This document shows, one piece after another, positions 47,414 to 56,593 of a stretch of DNA of 64,000 nucleotides (positions within the stretch are counted from its first letter, which is position 1; each line of letters opens with the position of its first letter). The DNA comes from Bacteroidota bacterium (GTDB taxonomy: Bacteria; Bacteroidota; Bacteroidia; NS11-12g; UBA955): contig JAIYAW010000004.1 of the NCBI GenBank assembly GCA_027488835.1, forward strand, positions 71,271-135,270. Reading direction: 5' to 3'. Both the position numbers and the translations under genes were made by a program. Under the pieces are notes generated by a model. The model searched no databases. It had not been told where the DNA came from and was given only the letters and a program-made list of their open reading frames with translations.

Positions 47414-48559
47414 TTAGCTAATAAAATCTAAATATTCTTTGGGGTGAATAACATGGAATTCAGCTGTTGGATATGATTTTGACCAAAGTGCAGGTGCCTT
47501 TGGCTGTTTTTTTGTGGTCCATTTAAATTCATATCCAACTATTTTTCCATCGCTTTCTTCAACCCAGTCAATTTCTTGTTTTGTATGTGTTCTCCAAAAA
47601 TAATTAGATTGATGTAAACGTAAATATTCCTGTTTTTTTAATCTTTCTGAAATCAGATAATTCTCCCAAAGTTTGCCTTGGTCATCTCGCAGAGGGATGT
47701 CATTAAAGTTGTTAATAAGGGCATTTCTAATTCCATTATCATAAAAATACCATTTATTTTTTTTTGTTATTTCATTGTCAAGATTTCGACTGAATCCCGT
47801 AACCTTATGAATAATCATTACCTTTGATAGTAAATCAAGGTATTTATCAACTGTACTTTTTCCCAATTGAAGTTCGTTTGAAATTCCTTCAATTGAAATT
47901 TCACTTCCAACTCTAAACGCAATCATGCGCAACAACAAAACAATCACATTGCGCTTGCGAATTCCCTCAAATTCTAAAATATCCTTTAATAAATATGAGT
48001 TAACTTGTTCCATTAAATAATCAATTTTTTCAGAACGGGAGTTCAATTGTTCTAATTCTGGATACGATCCGAATATCAAACGTTCATCTAGTTTTTGAAT
48101 TGTTTCGATATGATTTTCCTGCTTGGAAAATTCAAGTTGTGCCAATGGAAATATCTGAAATGTCATTTTACGACCTACCAAAGGTTCGCCCAAATTATGA
48201 TTCAAATCAAAAGCCGACGATCCAGTTGCCAATACTTTTAGTCCGTCTATTGAATCCAACATTAATTTCAATTTAATAGCAATTTCTGAAATGGACTGAA
48301 CTTCATCTATAATGAGTAATCGATTATTCCCTAATAGCCTTTGGTAATTTTGGATCGTACGCTTTTCTAATAGTTCATGACTAAGTAAGTCGTCTCCATT
48401 CAAAAACAAAAAGGGTTCTTGACAATTTTCCATGAATTTGCGAATCAATTCTGTTTTCCCTACGCGTCTTGCCCCGAGTAAAATAACTGCCTTATTCGGT
48501 TTTAAATATTGGTGAATGAGAGGTTCAATTGCTCTTTCAATATATTTTATTGTTGTCAT
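47414..48559 (-). CDS. AAA+ ATPase (AAA_14) with DUF4143 / PD-(D/E)xK-like C-terminal domain
   Basis: GARRVGKT, IIDEVQ, ATGSS, GSYP, KWYFYDNG, LWEN, EIDWVEE..GYEFKW. Confidence 0.92.
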   Translation of the reverse strand: MTTIKYIERAIEPLIHQYLKPNKAVILLGARRVGKTELIRKFMENCQEPFLFLNGDDLLSHELLEKRTIQNYQRLLGNNRLLIIDEVQSISEIAIKLKLMLDSIDGLKVLATGSSAFDLNHNLGEPLVGRKMTFQIFPLAQLEFSKQENHIETIQKLDERLIFGSYPELEQLNSRSEKIDYLMEQVNSYLLKDILEFEGIRKRNVIVLLLRMIAFRVGSEISIEGISNELQLGKSTVDKYLDLLSKVMIIHKVTGFSRNLDNEITKKNKWYFYDNGIRNALINNFNDIPLRDDQGKLWENYLISERLKKQEYLRLHQSNYFWRTHTKQEIDWVEESDGKIVGYEFKWTTKKQPKAPALWSKSYPTAEFHVIHPKEYLDFIS

Positions 48560-48910
48560 AATGGTTGAAAATTAAGTTCAAATATACGTTTTTCTATTAA
48601 ATTCCGACAATATAACAGCGGAAATCTATTGAATTCCGACAATTTGGTGATTAATTTTTTTTTGGAGGGACAATTCTTCCATTTTTTGAAAAATACAATT
48701 CAATAGAATTGATTTATAAGGTTTACGCCAATGAAAATCCGCCAAGAAATGGTTGATTTGATAGAAACGATTGAGGGGTATAAATTTATTTAGGGGGTAA
48801 TTGTCGCTTTTTGCTATCTCAAACCTATGAATCTTACAATTATTATCAAATCTTTTATAATATGCACGTTGACAAACAACCGCACTTTTGTATAGTTCAA
48901 AATAAACCAA

Positions 48911-49462
48911 ATGAAAAAATATCTTCCAATTTACTTTTATGGTCTTATTATTCTTCTTGAAGGATTTTTTCTCGTGTTTTCAGAATATTATACATTTAAT
49001 ATTATCAAACTGTCGTTAGGAATCTCTTTGATTATTGCAGCTTTGCCGGCATTTATGGCTGTTTTTTCAAAACAAATGAAACAGGTTCAAATTACCTATC
49101 ATGAAATACATGCTTTGACTATGTTGGTTTATGGTATATCTATCTTGTTGTTCTGTAATACAATTGAAATGATAATTTCATTTACTGCCTTTTTGTTTAT
49201 TTTCTATATGTTTTCAGAAATAGTATTTTGTAGTTGGCTTTTTAACTTAGGGCGTAAAGTTGTTTATAAAATTATTATCGTAAGGTTTTTATTAGGTTTA
49301 GCTACCGGTGTTGGCACTGTGGCCGCAATGAACTCTTCATCCTTTAAATTGGAAGGTTTTGGCGTATTATTCATTATGGTTGGAATAAATATCCTTTTCT
49401 ACGTTCCAGTAATGAAAGGGAATGAACTGAGTGATGTTAAACTTGCGGAAAAAGAGCATTAA
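48911..49462 (+). CDS. Six-TM membrane protein, unknown function
   Basis: Six hydrophobic segments; ATG after an A-rich leader. Confidence 0.7.
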   Translation: MKKYLPIYFYGLIILLEGFFLVFSEYYTFNIIKLSLGISLIIAALPAFMAVFSKQMKQVQITYHEIHALTMLVYGISILLFCNTIEMIISFTAFLFIFYMFSEIVFCSWLFNLGRKVVYKIIIVRFLLGLATGVGTVAAMNSSSFKLEGFGVLFIMVGINILFYVPVMKGNELSDVKLAEKEH

Positions 49463-49481
49463 AACTTTTGCCGCCTCATAT

Positions 49482-50510
49482 TTAATTCAATTCAACATCC
49501 CTCATGAACCCCCCAAATGCCTTGGCCAATTTGGAAATGTCGCTCAAAATGCTAAATCCTATTTTCATGTCGCCGTGGTCTAGCAAATTCGATAGTTCTA
49601 AATGGATTCTGTGGTTGTAATTTTTCATCAATGAATGCATCAAAACAGATTCGGAAGATGGAATTATAACATCGTCTTTGCCGTGTATGATTGCAACCGG
49701 ACAAGTGATTTTATGGGCATGTTTTGATAAATCCAAGCGGTCCTTCCAGATGTCGAAATCGGGAATTTTTGTCCAAGCACGCATGATCATTTCTCTTCTG
49801 AATTCGGTATTGAATCTCAACTTTTTATACAATTCAACAATTTCTATATCTGTTTGCTCAAGTAATCCGGGCAACAATGGGACATCTCTTCTCAAGCCAT
49901 TGTCTTCCAGAGCCGTATGAATCAATGCTTCTAATTTGACATTGTTTCCAATTTCATATTTGAGAAAATTTTTCATGAGAATGTGCATGCCATAATCTTC
50001 CGAATTTTTATCATTTGTTAACGCAAATTCAATGGTAGTTTCAAAATCACAAAAACTTCCGATTAGGCATAAAGCAGACACGCTATTCTCCGGCATTTCG
50101 GCAATTGCCAACCCGGCAATTCCAGCCGTAAAAGAAGGTGCAAAAACAGCAGGACGAAATTTGTTGGGGTTCAATTCTGAATCAACTGCGATGCGATGAA
50201 TGACTTCCTTCATTTCATCAATTCCAGCAGGATGAATCAATAAGTCATCGATGGTGCCAATTTTCGGGGTAATTACCCGGTATCCCAATTTGGCGAAGGA
50301 ATTATTGACCACCGCAATGCGTTTGTCTTGGTATCCACTCATTGAAAATCCTGTGAGGGAAATAATGAGTCCTTTTTCTTTCTGTTTGGGCGTATACGAA
50401 AGCACAGGTGTTTTGCCATTTGAAAGTGACAATTCACGCTCTTCTCCTTTACTGTCATTTTTAAGCAAAGAAGTGTTGATGATAAATTTGAGTCCTGCGA
50501 GTAACGACAT
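49482..50510 (-). CDS. Alpha/beta-hydrolase fold protein
   Basis: Nucleophile-elbow-like FAPSFTAG, IHGKDDVIIP (Asp), LDHGD (His). Confidence 0.7.
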   Translation of the reverse strand: MSLLAGLKFIINTSLLKNDSKGEERELSLSNGKTPVLSYTPKQKEKGLIISLTGFSMSGYQDKRIAVVNNSFAKLGYRVITPKIGTIDDLLIHPAGIDEMKEVIHRIAVDSELNPNKFRPAVFAPSFTAGIAGLAIAEMPENSVSALCLIGSFCDFETTIEFALTNDKNSEDYGMHILMKNFLKYEIGNNVKLEALIHTALEDNGLRRDVPLLPGLLEQTDIEIVELYKKLRFNTEFRREMIMRAWTKIPDFDIWKDRLDLSKHAHKITCPVAIIHGKDDVIIPSSESVLMHSLMKNYNHRIHLELSNLLDHGDMKIGFSILSDISKLAKAFGGFMRDVELN

Positions 50511-50635
50511 ATTCTTTAGTTTGTTAATCAGCTAAAACCACAATGATAGATGCATTTATTGCAATTTCCAAGGGTTTTACTGAATGTTAACAATAGAATA
50601 ATCAAAGTTAGGGGAGCAGCTTGACATTTTGGGAT

Positions 50636-51202
50636 TTATAATTCATTCGCGATGAAAATATCTGTAAATGTTCCTTCGCTAAGAACTACCTTAGGATATC
50701 GGGCATCTTTGGGTGTAAAGAAAATTTCAAAGGTTCCAGAGCAAACTTTACCTGGTCTGTCAAACTTTGTAATGGATAATTTCCCTGTAATGTGATACAT
50801 TTTTTGAGCCATTCCGTATAAAATGGCTGTATCTTCGGTTGTAAAGAAAATGTTAGGAAATTCAGATTTGTCTGAATCAAATGTATAGCTACCAATTCTT
50901 TGTGAATTCACAGGTAAATTTTTAATGTTTAATAATCCTTCAGAATTGTTTTCCCAACCAGCTAAACCAAATGTATCTACGCCAAGCTCGTTAAAAGCCA
51001 AAGAGGTATAGCCTGCAATTTGACGCCAACCACTTTGGGTCGTATCTAATGGACGTGATTCCCAATTTGCCCCGTTGTATTTACAAACGATACTTCCTTT
51101 CTTTCCTGTAGGTAGGTTGTTGTTTGCGGGTTCATTCTTTTTACATGAACTTAATGCAAAAAACAATGCCAAGGTTCCGAATAAAATAATTTTGTTTTTC
51201 AT
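50636..51202 (-). CDS. Hypothetical lipoprotein
   Basis: Lipobox LSSC, CKYNGANW...GKLSITKFD...SGTFE...EGTF beta-rich fold. Confidence 0.8.
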   Translation of the reverse strand: MKNKIILFGTLALFFALSSCKKNEPANNNLPTGKKGSIVCKYNGANWESRPLDTTQSGWRQIAGYTSLAFNELGVDTFGLAGWENNSEGLLNIKNLPVNSQRIGSYTFDSDKSEFPNIFFTTEDTAILYGMAQKMYHITGKLSITKFDRPGKVCSGTFEIFFTPKDARYPKVVLSEGTFTDIFIANEL

Positions 51203-51733
51203 GCCTCAAAATTATATTTTCCATAATAATTTGGATGTTTACTGTTTGGAATATTTTTACGGATTTTCCTTAAATGAATCATTTGTTTTATTAAAAATTC
51301 ATAATTCAATACCAAATTTAATTGCTAGCGCAGGCAACTTATTTTCATAAATTGCATTTTTGTATATATGCGGGAAGTGCAACTCTCTGAAATTAGGCAA
51401 TGCCAAAATAACGTAAAGCTAAATAACCTTACCCCCAAGATGAAGTCATCGCGCGATTTAAGAGTTTTGGGATTCGAGTTTGGATTGTTTTTAAGAGGTG
51501 AATCATCAGTATTAACCTTGTTGCCTACATCAGGTTATGTTGCAAAATTTTATAGGCAATGGGGTAATTTTAGGTTAAACACGGGGATTTATCAAAGCAA
51601 AACGAGTGTTGCTGGACTCATTACTGTTGAATTATTTGATCTATTTGGAAGATATGTAAGGCGAGATTAAGTTGTTGGAAATAACTTATTTTTGTTTTGT
51701 ATTTAATTAAATATAACATTAATAATATCCTTC

Positions 51734-52096
51734 ATGAACAATATACTTTTCTCTCTGTTAATTTTTGTTTGTTGCCTAGGTTGCAATAGCAAAAATGGTT
51801 CCAATAATGAAGCTGCAATTCCTGAATATACTGTTTTGTCATCAGTTGATTTGTATACGGGAAAAGGGAAATGCGGAGAAATTCTCATGCCATCGGTTTC
51901 AAGGGGGGTATCGAAATCCGATAGGGAAAAAATATTGAAAGCCATAATGAAAGAGAAGGGATGGGTTATCATTTCTGCCTATGTAAACAAGAATGCCTAT
52001 AGCGAAAAAAGCTGTGCGCCATATTCAAAGCGTTCTAAGTCCTTCAAAGAAGGATATTTAGGGAAGATTAATGGGGATGGTGAATTCTCTGATTAG
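51734..52096 (+). CDS. Hypothetical lipoprotein
   Basis: Signal peptide ending CLGC; hydrophilic mature region. Confidence 0.65.
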   Translation: MNNILFSLLIFVCCLGCNSKNGSNNEAAIPEYTVLSSVDLYTGKGKCGEILMPSVSRGVSKSDREKILKAIMKEKGWVIISAYVNKNAYSEKSCAPYSKRSKSFKEGYLGKINGDGEFSD

Positions 52097-52232
52097 ATAG
52101 ACGAATTTATTGGGCTTTTTTCAATAGAATTACCAAGAAACTTTACCAAAATACCAATAATTTGGTATTGAGAGGGATAAAAAAATCTAATAGTTTTGTT
52201 TTAAAAAATAAACTCAACTAGCTAAAAAACGC

Positions 52233-52883
52233 ATGAAAAAATTATTAGTTTTAATTGGATTCGCATTTTTATGTATGCCTTCGTTTGCTCAAAATATTAC
52301 ATGCAAGGAACTTGTTACATACAGAAACACTGTATTATTAAAAGCTTGGGATAAGGAATGTAGGAAATACGATGCTTTTTATTTTTACAATTCCGTAATA
52401 AAATCAGAAATGGCAAAACTAAGTTCAATGAAAAATCGCACAGATTGGGGTGCTATTGCTTTGTCAATTAAATCTGTAACAGATGTTTTGTCAAACACTT
52501 TAAATCTATCCAAGTTTCTTAAGGGTGCGAAAAAAGCGAAAGGTGTTTACAAGGTTATTCTAAAGGAAGCAAAAGTTAGAAAAAGTGATTTTGAAAAGGC
52601 TATTCAAGAAGAGTCGGATGCTTGCATTTGGGAAGATATTGGTAACTCAATAATTGAAGTTATTCCAATTGTAAATAACCTTAAGGCAACAATGGATAAC
52701 ATTAAAACTTATAATGAATATGAAAAATCAAAACGAGAAATAGACAATCAACTAAAAAATTGCCAATCTAAATTAGCGCAAGTGGAAATGAAATTGAAAA
52801 ATTCAAGCAATAAATTAACTGCACTAAATAACATAAAAAATGAAATTGATGCTTATTTGGTTAAGTTTTGCAAGTCAAATTAA
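52233..52883 (+). CDS. Secreted alpha-helical hypothetical protein
   Basis: Signal peptide MKKLLVLIGFAFLCMPSFAQ; coiled-coil-like C-terminus. Confidence 0.75.
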   Translation: MKKLLVLIGFAFLCMPSFAQNITCKELVTYRNTVLLKAWDKECRKYDAFYFYNSVIKSEMAKLSSMKNRTDWGAIALSIKSVTDVLSNTLNLSKFLKGAKKAKGVYKVILKEAKVRKSDFEKAIQEESDACIWEDIGNSIIEVIPIVNNLKATMDNIKTYNEYEKSKREIDNQLKNCQSKLAQVEMKLKNSSNKLTALNNIKNEIDAYLVKFCKSN

Positions 52884-52972
52884 TTGATTATTGCAAATTG
52901 CACAATTAACTTTATGGTAATTCCGTAATGGTAAGTTTGAAACATCGTAATATTTAATTCCCCGCTGAACTC

Positions 52973-53002
52973 AAAAAAGGAGTTACAATGTAACTCCCTT
53001 TT
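52973..53002. terminator. Bidirectional intrinsic terminator
   Basis: AAAAAAGGAGTTAC-AAT-GTAACTCCCTTTT. Confidence 0.75.
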
Positions 53003-53307
53003 CGACTACCTATAATTAAACAATACTGAAATTTTTTATTAATTCGTGATTCCTATTTTTTCATTTTGGTTTTTTGATTGTGTTTGATATAAATAATATA
53101 CACACCATAAAACAATCCATTTTAATATTATATTCATTCTGATCATCTTGCAGGTTCTCTAAATTAACCACAGCACCCCGATAAACTTATTGATGTTTTG
53201 AAGTTTTCTGTCACCAGCGTAGATTTTACTTTTCCTGAGTACAAATGTTAAATTTTGAAATAATAAATAATAATTTATATTTGTAATAAAGAACATAATG
53301 AATCATT

Positions 53308-54234
53308 ATGAATTATACGCTCAATCAACTTAGAATTTTTTATAAAATCACCCAAACCAAGAGTATAACCAAGGCCGCAGACGAATTGCACTTAACTCAA
53401 CCGGCTGTTTCTATTCAATTGAAAAATTTTCAAAACCAGTTTGAAATTCCACTCACAGAAACGGTAAATAAGAAGATTTACATTACCGATTTTGGTTATG
53501 AAATTGCTGCTGCAGCCGAGAAAATACTGGATGAAGCAATGGGTATCCAAGATAAATTGATGTCGTTCAAAGGAAAACTTACTGGGAAATTAAAATTATC
53601 TACAGTTTCAACAGGTAAATATGTTTTGCCTTACTTTTTAAGTGCATTTCTTAAACAAAATCCAGGCATTAATTTGGCACTCGATGTCACAAATCGTCAG
53701 AAGGTAACTGAAAATTTAGAAAAAAACGAGATTGATTTTGGACTTACCTCCATGGCAATTGATTCTTTGAGGTTGGATAGCATAGAATTGTTAAAAAATC
53801 AATTGGTTTTGGTTGGAAGTCCTTCGTTACAGTCTGAAAAATGGGAAAACGCACAACCATCTTTTTTGGAAGAAGTACCTCTGATTTACAGAGAGCAGGG
53901 TTCTGGAACCCGTTATATCATGGAAGATTACATTTCAAAGCATGGACTTAATGTAAATCAGAAATTGGAATTAACCTCTAATGAGGCAGTGAAACAAGCA
54001 ACCATTGCAGGTTTGGGATATTCAATTGTGCCAATAATTGGGATCAAAAATGAATTGGAGCTAAGGCAATTGCAGGTCATTCAAATCAAAGATTTACCAA
54101 TTATTAGCACTTGGAGCCTAGTTTGGCCCATTGGTAAGAAAGTAACACCCATTATGAGTGCATTTATAAATTTTTTAGATTCGGAAAAATCGCAAATCAT
54201 AGAACGGTATTTTCCTTATGCTAAATTTATGTGA
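53308..54234 (+). CDS. LysR-type transcriptional regulator (CbbR/CmpR-like effector domain)
   Basis: YTLNQLRIF...AADELHLTQPAVSIQLK, VSTGKY, REQGSGTR, SNEAVKQA..AGLG. Confidence 0.92.
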   Translation: MNYTLNQLRIFYKITQTKSITKAADELHLTQPAVSIQLKNFQNQFEIPLTETVNKKIYITDFGYEIAAAAEKILDEAMGIQDKLMSFKGKLTGKLKLSTVSTGKYVLPYFLSAFLKQNPGINLALDVTNRQKVTENLEKNEIDFGLTSMAIDSLRLDSIELLKNQLVLVGSPSLQSEKWENAQPSFLEEVPLIYREQGSGTRYIMEDYISKHGLNVNQKLELTSNEAVKQATIAGLGYSIVPIIGIKNELELRQLQVIQIKDLPIISTWSLVWPIGKKVTPIMSAFINFLDSEKSQIIERYFPYAKFM

Positions 54235-54305
54235 AATTTGATTTCAACCCTTCTCTTTTCTTACCTTTGTGGTTCAATTATTTCAAACTTAAAATTTATA
54301 AAAAT

Positions 54306-54944
54306 ATGTCATTTGTAGGAAAAAAATTCCCAAACCTAACGGTTGATGCAATTACCAGTTTTGGTGATAATTTGTCAATCAACATTTTCGAAGAAGCAAC
54401 TAAAAACAAGAAGAAAATTTGTTTGTTTTGGTATCCAAAAGATTTCACTTTTGTTTGTCCAACTGAGTTGCATGCTTTTCAAGAAAAACTTAGTGAATTC
54501 GAATCTCGCAATACCATGGTTATTGGTGCTTCTTGCGATACCAACGAAGTACATTTTGCTTGGTTGAGCACTCCCAAAGAACAAGGCGGCATTGAAGGGG
54601 TAAATTACCCAATTTTAGCCGATACCAACCGCAATTTATCAAGCGTTTTGGATATTTTAGACATCCAATCTTCTGAATTTAACGAAGAATTAGATACCAT
54701 TATTTACACAGGATCTAATGTTACTTACAGAGCTACATATTTGATTGACGAAGATGGAACTGTTTTTCACGAAAGTGTAAATCACATGCCTTTGGGTAGA
54801 AACGTAAACGAATTCCTTCGTTTGATCGATGCTTATAGCCACGTTCAAAACCACGGTGAAGTTTGTCCTGCAAACTGGCAAACTGGCGACGATGCCATGA
54901 ACGCAACCCGCGATGGTGTGTCTGACTATTTGTCTAACCACTAA
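54306..54944 (+). CDS. ahpC: 2-Cys peroxiredoxin AhpC
   Basis: YPKDFTFVCPTE (peroxidatic Cys), GRN, EVCPANW (resolving Cys). Start moved to ATG 54306. Confidence 0.93.
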   Translation: MSFVGKKFPNLTVDAITSFGDNLSINIFEEATKNKKKICLFWYPKDFTFVCPTELHAFQEKLSEFESRNTMVIGASCDTNEVHFAWLSTPKEQGGIEGVNYPILADTNRNLSSVLDILDIQSSEFNEELDTIIYTGSNVTYRATYLIDEDGTVFHESVNHMPLGRNVNEFLRLIDAYSHVQNHGEVCPANWQTGDDAMNATRDGVSDYLSNH

Positions 54945-54965
54945 TCACAGAAATTAATAACTCTG

Positions 54966-55000
54966 AAAGGCGGTTAACCAATGGTTAATCGCCTTTTTTT
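54966..55000 (+). terminator. Intrinsic terminator after ahpC
   Basis: AAAGGCGGTTAACCA-A-TGGTTAATCGCCTTTTTTT. Confidence 0.85.
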
Positions 55001-55116
55001 ATACCCAAAATACCCTGTGCTTGATTTCGATTTTTTCTTTTGAGGGACAAAAGCTTTCCATTATTTCTTTGAATTTAGTTGCTTAGAATTTCGCATTCCA
55101 TTATTTTAGCGGCATT

Positions 55117-55476
55117 ATGAGTCAATCATTATCGCATGAGGAGCGAATGGCAAACATGAATTTTGGTTTGGTTTATCCGTTGTACTTGGCTAAAATCACG
55201 AGAAAGGGTAGAACCGAGTCTGAGCTTCTTGAGGTGATTTGTTGGTTGACAGGTTATTCACAAGGCGAAATTCAACAGCTGGTAAACGATAAAGCGACAT
55301 TTAAAACCCTGTTTGATGGGGCCAATCTTCACGCAAATGCCACGCTCATTACTGGTATGATTTGCGGTTATAGAATTGAAGAGATACAGAATCCCCACAC
55401 AAAAAATGTGCGTTATCTAGATAAACTCGTAGATGAACTTGCTAAGGGTAAGAAAATGGAGAATATTCTCCGTTGA
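55117..55476 (+). CDS. DUF2200 family protein
   Basis: VYPLY..K..RKGRT, WLTGY, ITGMICGYRIEEI, RYLDKLVDELAKGK. Confidence 0.88.
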   Translation: MSQSLSHEERMANMNFGLVYPLYLAKITRKGRTESELLEVICWLTGYSQGEIQQLVNDKATFKTLFDGANLHANATLITGMICGYRIEEIQNPHTKNVRYLDKLVDELAKGKKMENILR

Positions 55477-55482
55477 TTGAAA

Positions 55483-56379
55483 TTACTTCATCATTTGAAC
55501 CATGTTTGACATGATTTGCTGAATATTCAATTGGATGCTATTCAATTGGTTCTGGCTCGCTTTGATTTCGTTATCTGCTTTACTTACCATTGGCCAGTTA
55601 TTGCTGCATGAACTGATTTTTTGACGACCAATTGTTTTCGAGTTGAATTCATTCAATGTGGCTTCTAAACTTGTTTTAACCGCATTGATATTTTTGAGGG
55701 ACAGTTGTAACTTTTCAATGTCGGACTTCAGCGATTTGCAATTTTCAGGCTTTTTGAGTTCGTTTACATTTACATATTCATTGATTTTGATCTCTGATTT
55801 TTTCAAATCTGCTTCGAATTGTTCTTGTGCCTTATTCAAATCGGCAATTGCCTTTTGGAAACTATTTTTATAGCTAACAACATCTACCATTTGTATCGAT
55901 GGAACCACATTTTTTGTAACATAATTACTAAACTCTTGTGCTCTTTTAATGGTTGCTTCACCTTGCGTTTGAAGACTTCCCATCTTTGATTTGATATTTT
56001 CTCTGGTGCTTTTAAGCTGCCCGAATTCAGGAGTTCCTGAAACAATTTTGTCTTTTCCCTGTGTGTATTTTTGAAAATTGGCATATTCTTGATACAATTC
56101 TGCTTTCATAGAATTGACTTTTGCCATTTCAGTTTGTAACGAAGCATACATTTTGTCGGATTGCTTCATGGTCTCTGGTTTTGTATCGCATTGAATGTCG
56201 TTGTATTGCGATTGCAATAAATTCATTTGGTATTCCAAATTATTTAAGCTGTTATCGGCTTGGTTTACCGATAATTTCAGGCTGTTATTTACCTGAGAAG
56301 TGGTATAATAAACCGAGCAACTTGTGGTACAGAAAATTACGGTTGCAAGTGTAAATAAAGTTTGTAACTGCTTATTCAT
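55483..56379 (-). CDS. Coiled-coil lipoprotein, unknown function
   Basis: Lipobox TTSC; heptad-rich helical sequence with two related halves. Confidence 0.75.
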   Translation of the reverse strand: MNKQLQTLFTLATVIFCTTSCSVYYTTSQVNNSLKLSVNQADNSLNNLEYQMNLLQSQYNDIQCDTKPETMKQSDKMYASLQTEMAKVNSMKAELYQEYANFQKYTQGKDKIVSGTPEFGQLKSTRENIKSKMGSLQTQGEATIKRAQEFSNYVTKNVVPSIQMVDVVSYKNSFQKAIADLNKAQEQFEADLKKSEIKINEYVNVNELKKPENCKSLKSDIEKLQLSLKNINAVKTSLEATLNEFNSKTIGRQKISSCSNNWPMVSKADNEIKASQNQLNSIQLNIQQIMSNMVQMMK

Positions 56380-56391
56380 GCTTGCAATTTA

Positions 56392-56579
56392 GGGGAATTC
56401 TGGGGTTTATAAAAGTTTATAAGCGTTTATAAAAGTTTAGTTTTAGTGATTACCTAAATTAAACAGCGCTGTATCAATTGGGCAGCGTAAACCGCCGTAG
56501 TCGTCAACAGGCGAAGCCTTTAACTTACTCTAAACGAGCGCAGCTCTTCTAAACTATAAAAGAACGTAGTGATTTTATA
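56392..56579 (+). repeat. Modular intergenic repeat element, copy 3 (left of the LamG T9SS gene)
   Basis: GGGGAATTCTGGG GTTTATAAAA GTTTATAAGC GTTTATAAAA GTTTAGTTTT..ATTACCTAAA..GTCAACAGGCGAAGCC..CTAAACGAGCGCAGCTCTTCTAAACTATAAAAGAACGTAGTGATTTTATA. Confidence 0.88.
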
Positions 56580-56593
56580 TTATATTTGTAGTC

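Noticed and set aside
48626-48910. 94-aa minus-strand ORF between the AAA ATPase and the membrane protein
   Set aside because: No recognisable features; it occupies a divergent promoter region and overlaps the direct repeats.
51368-51670. 100-aa ORF ending ITVELFDLFGR, resembling a T9SS sorting-domain fragment
   Set aside because: No signal peptide or coherent domain and only a few residues of resemblance; not enough to call a gene or pseudogene.
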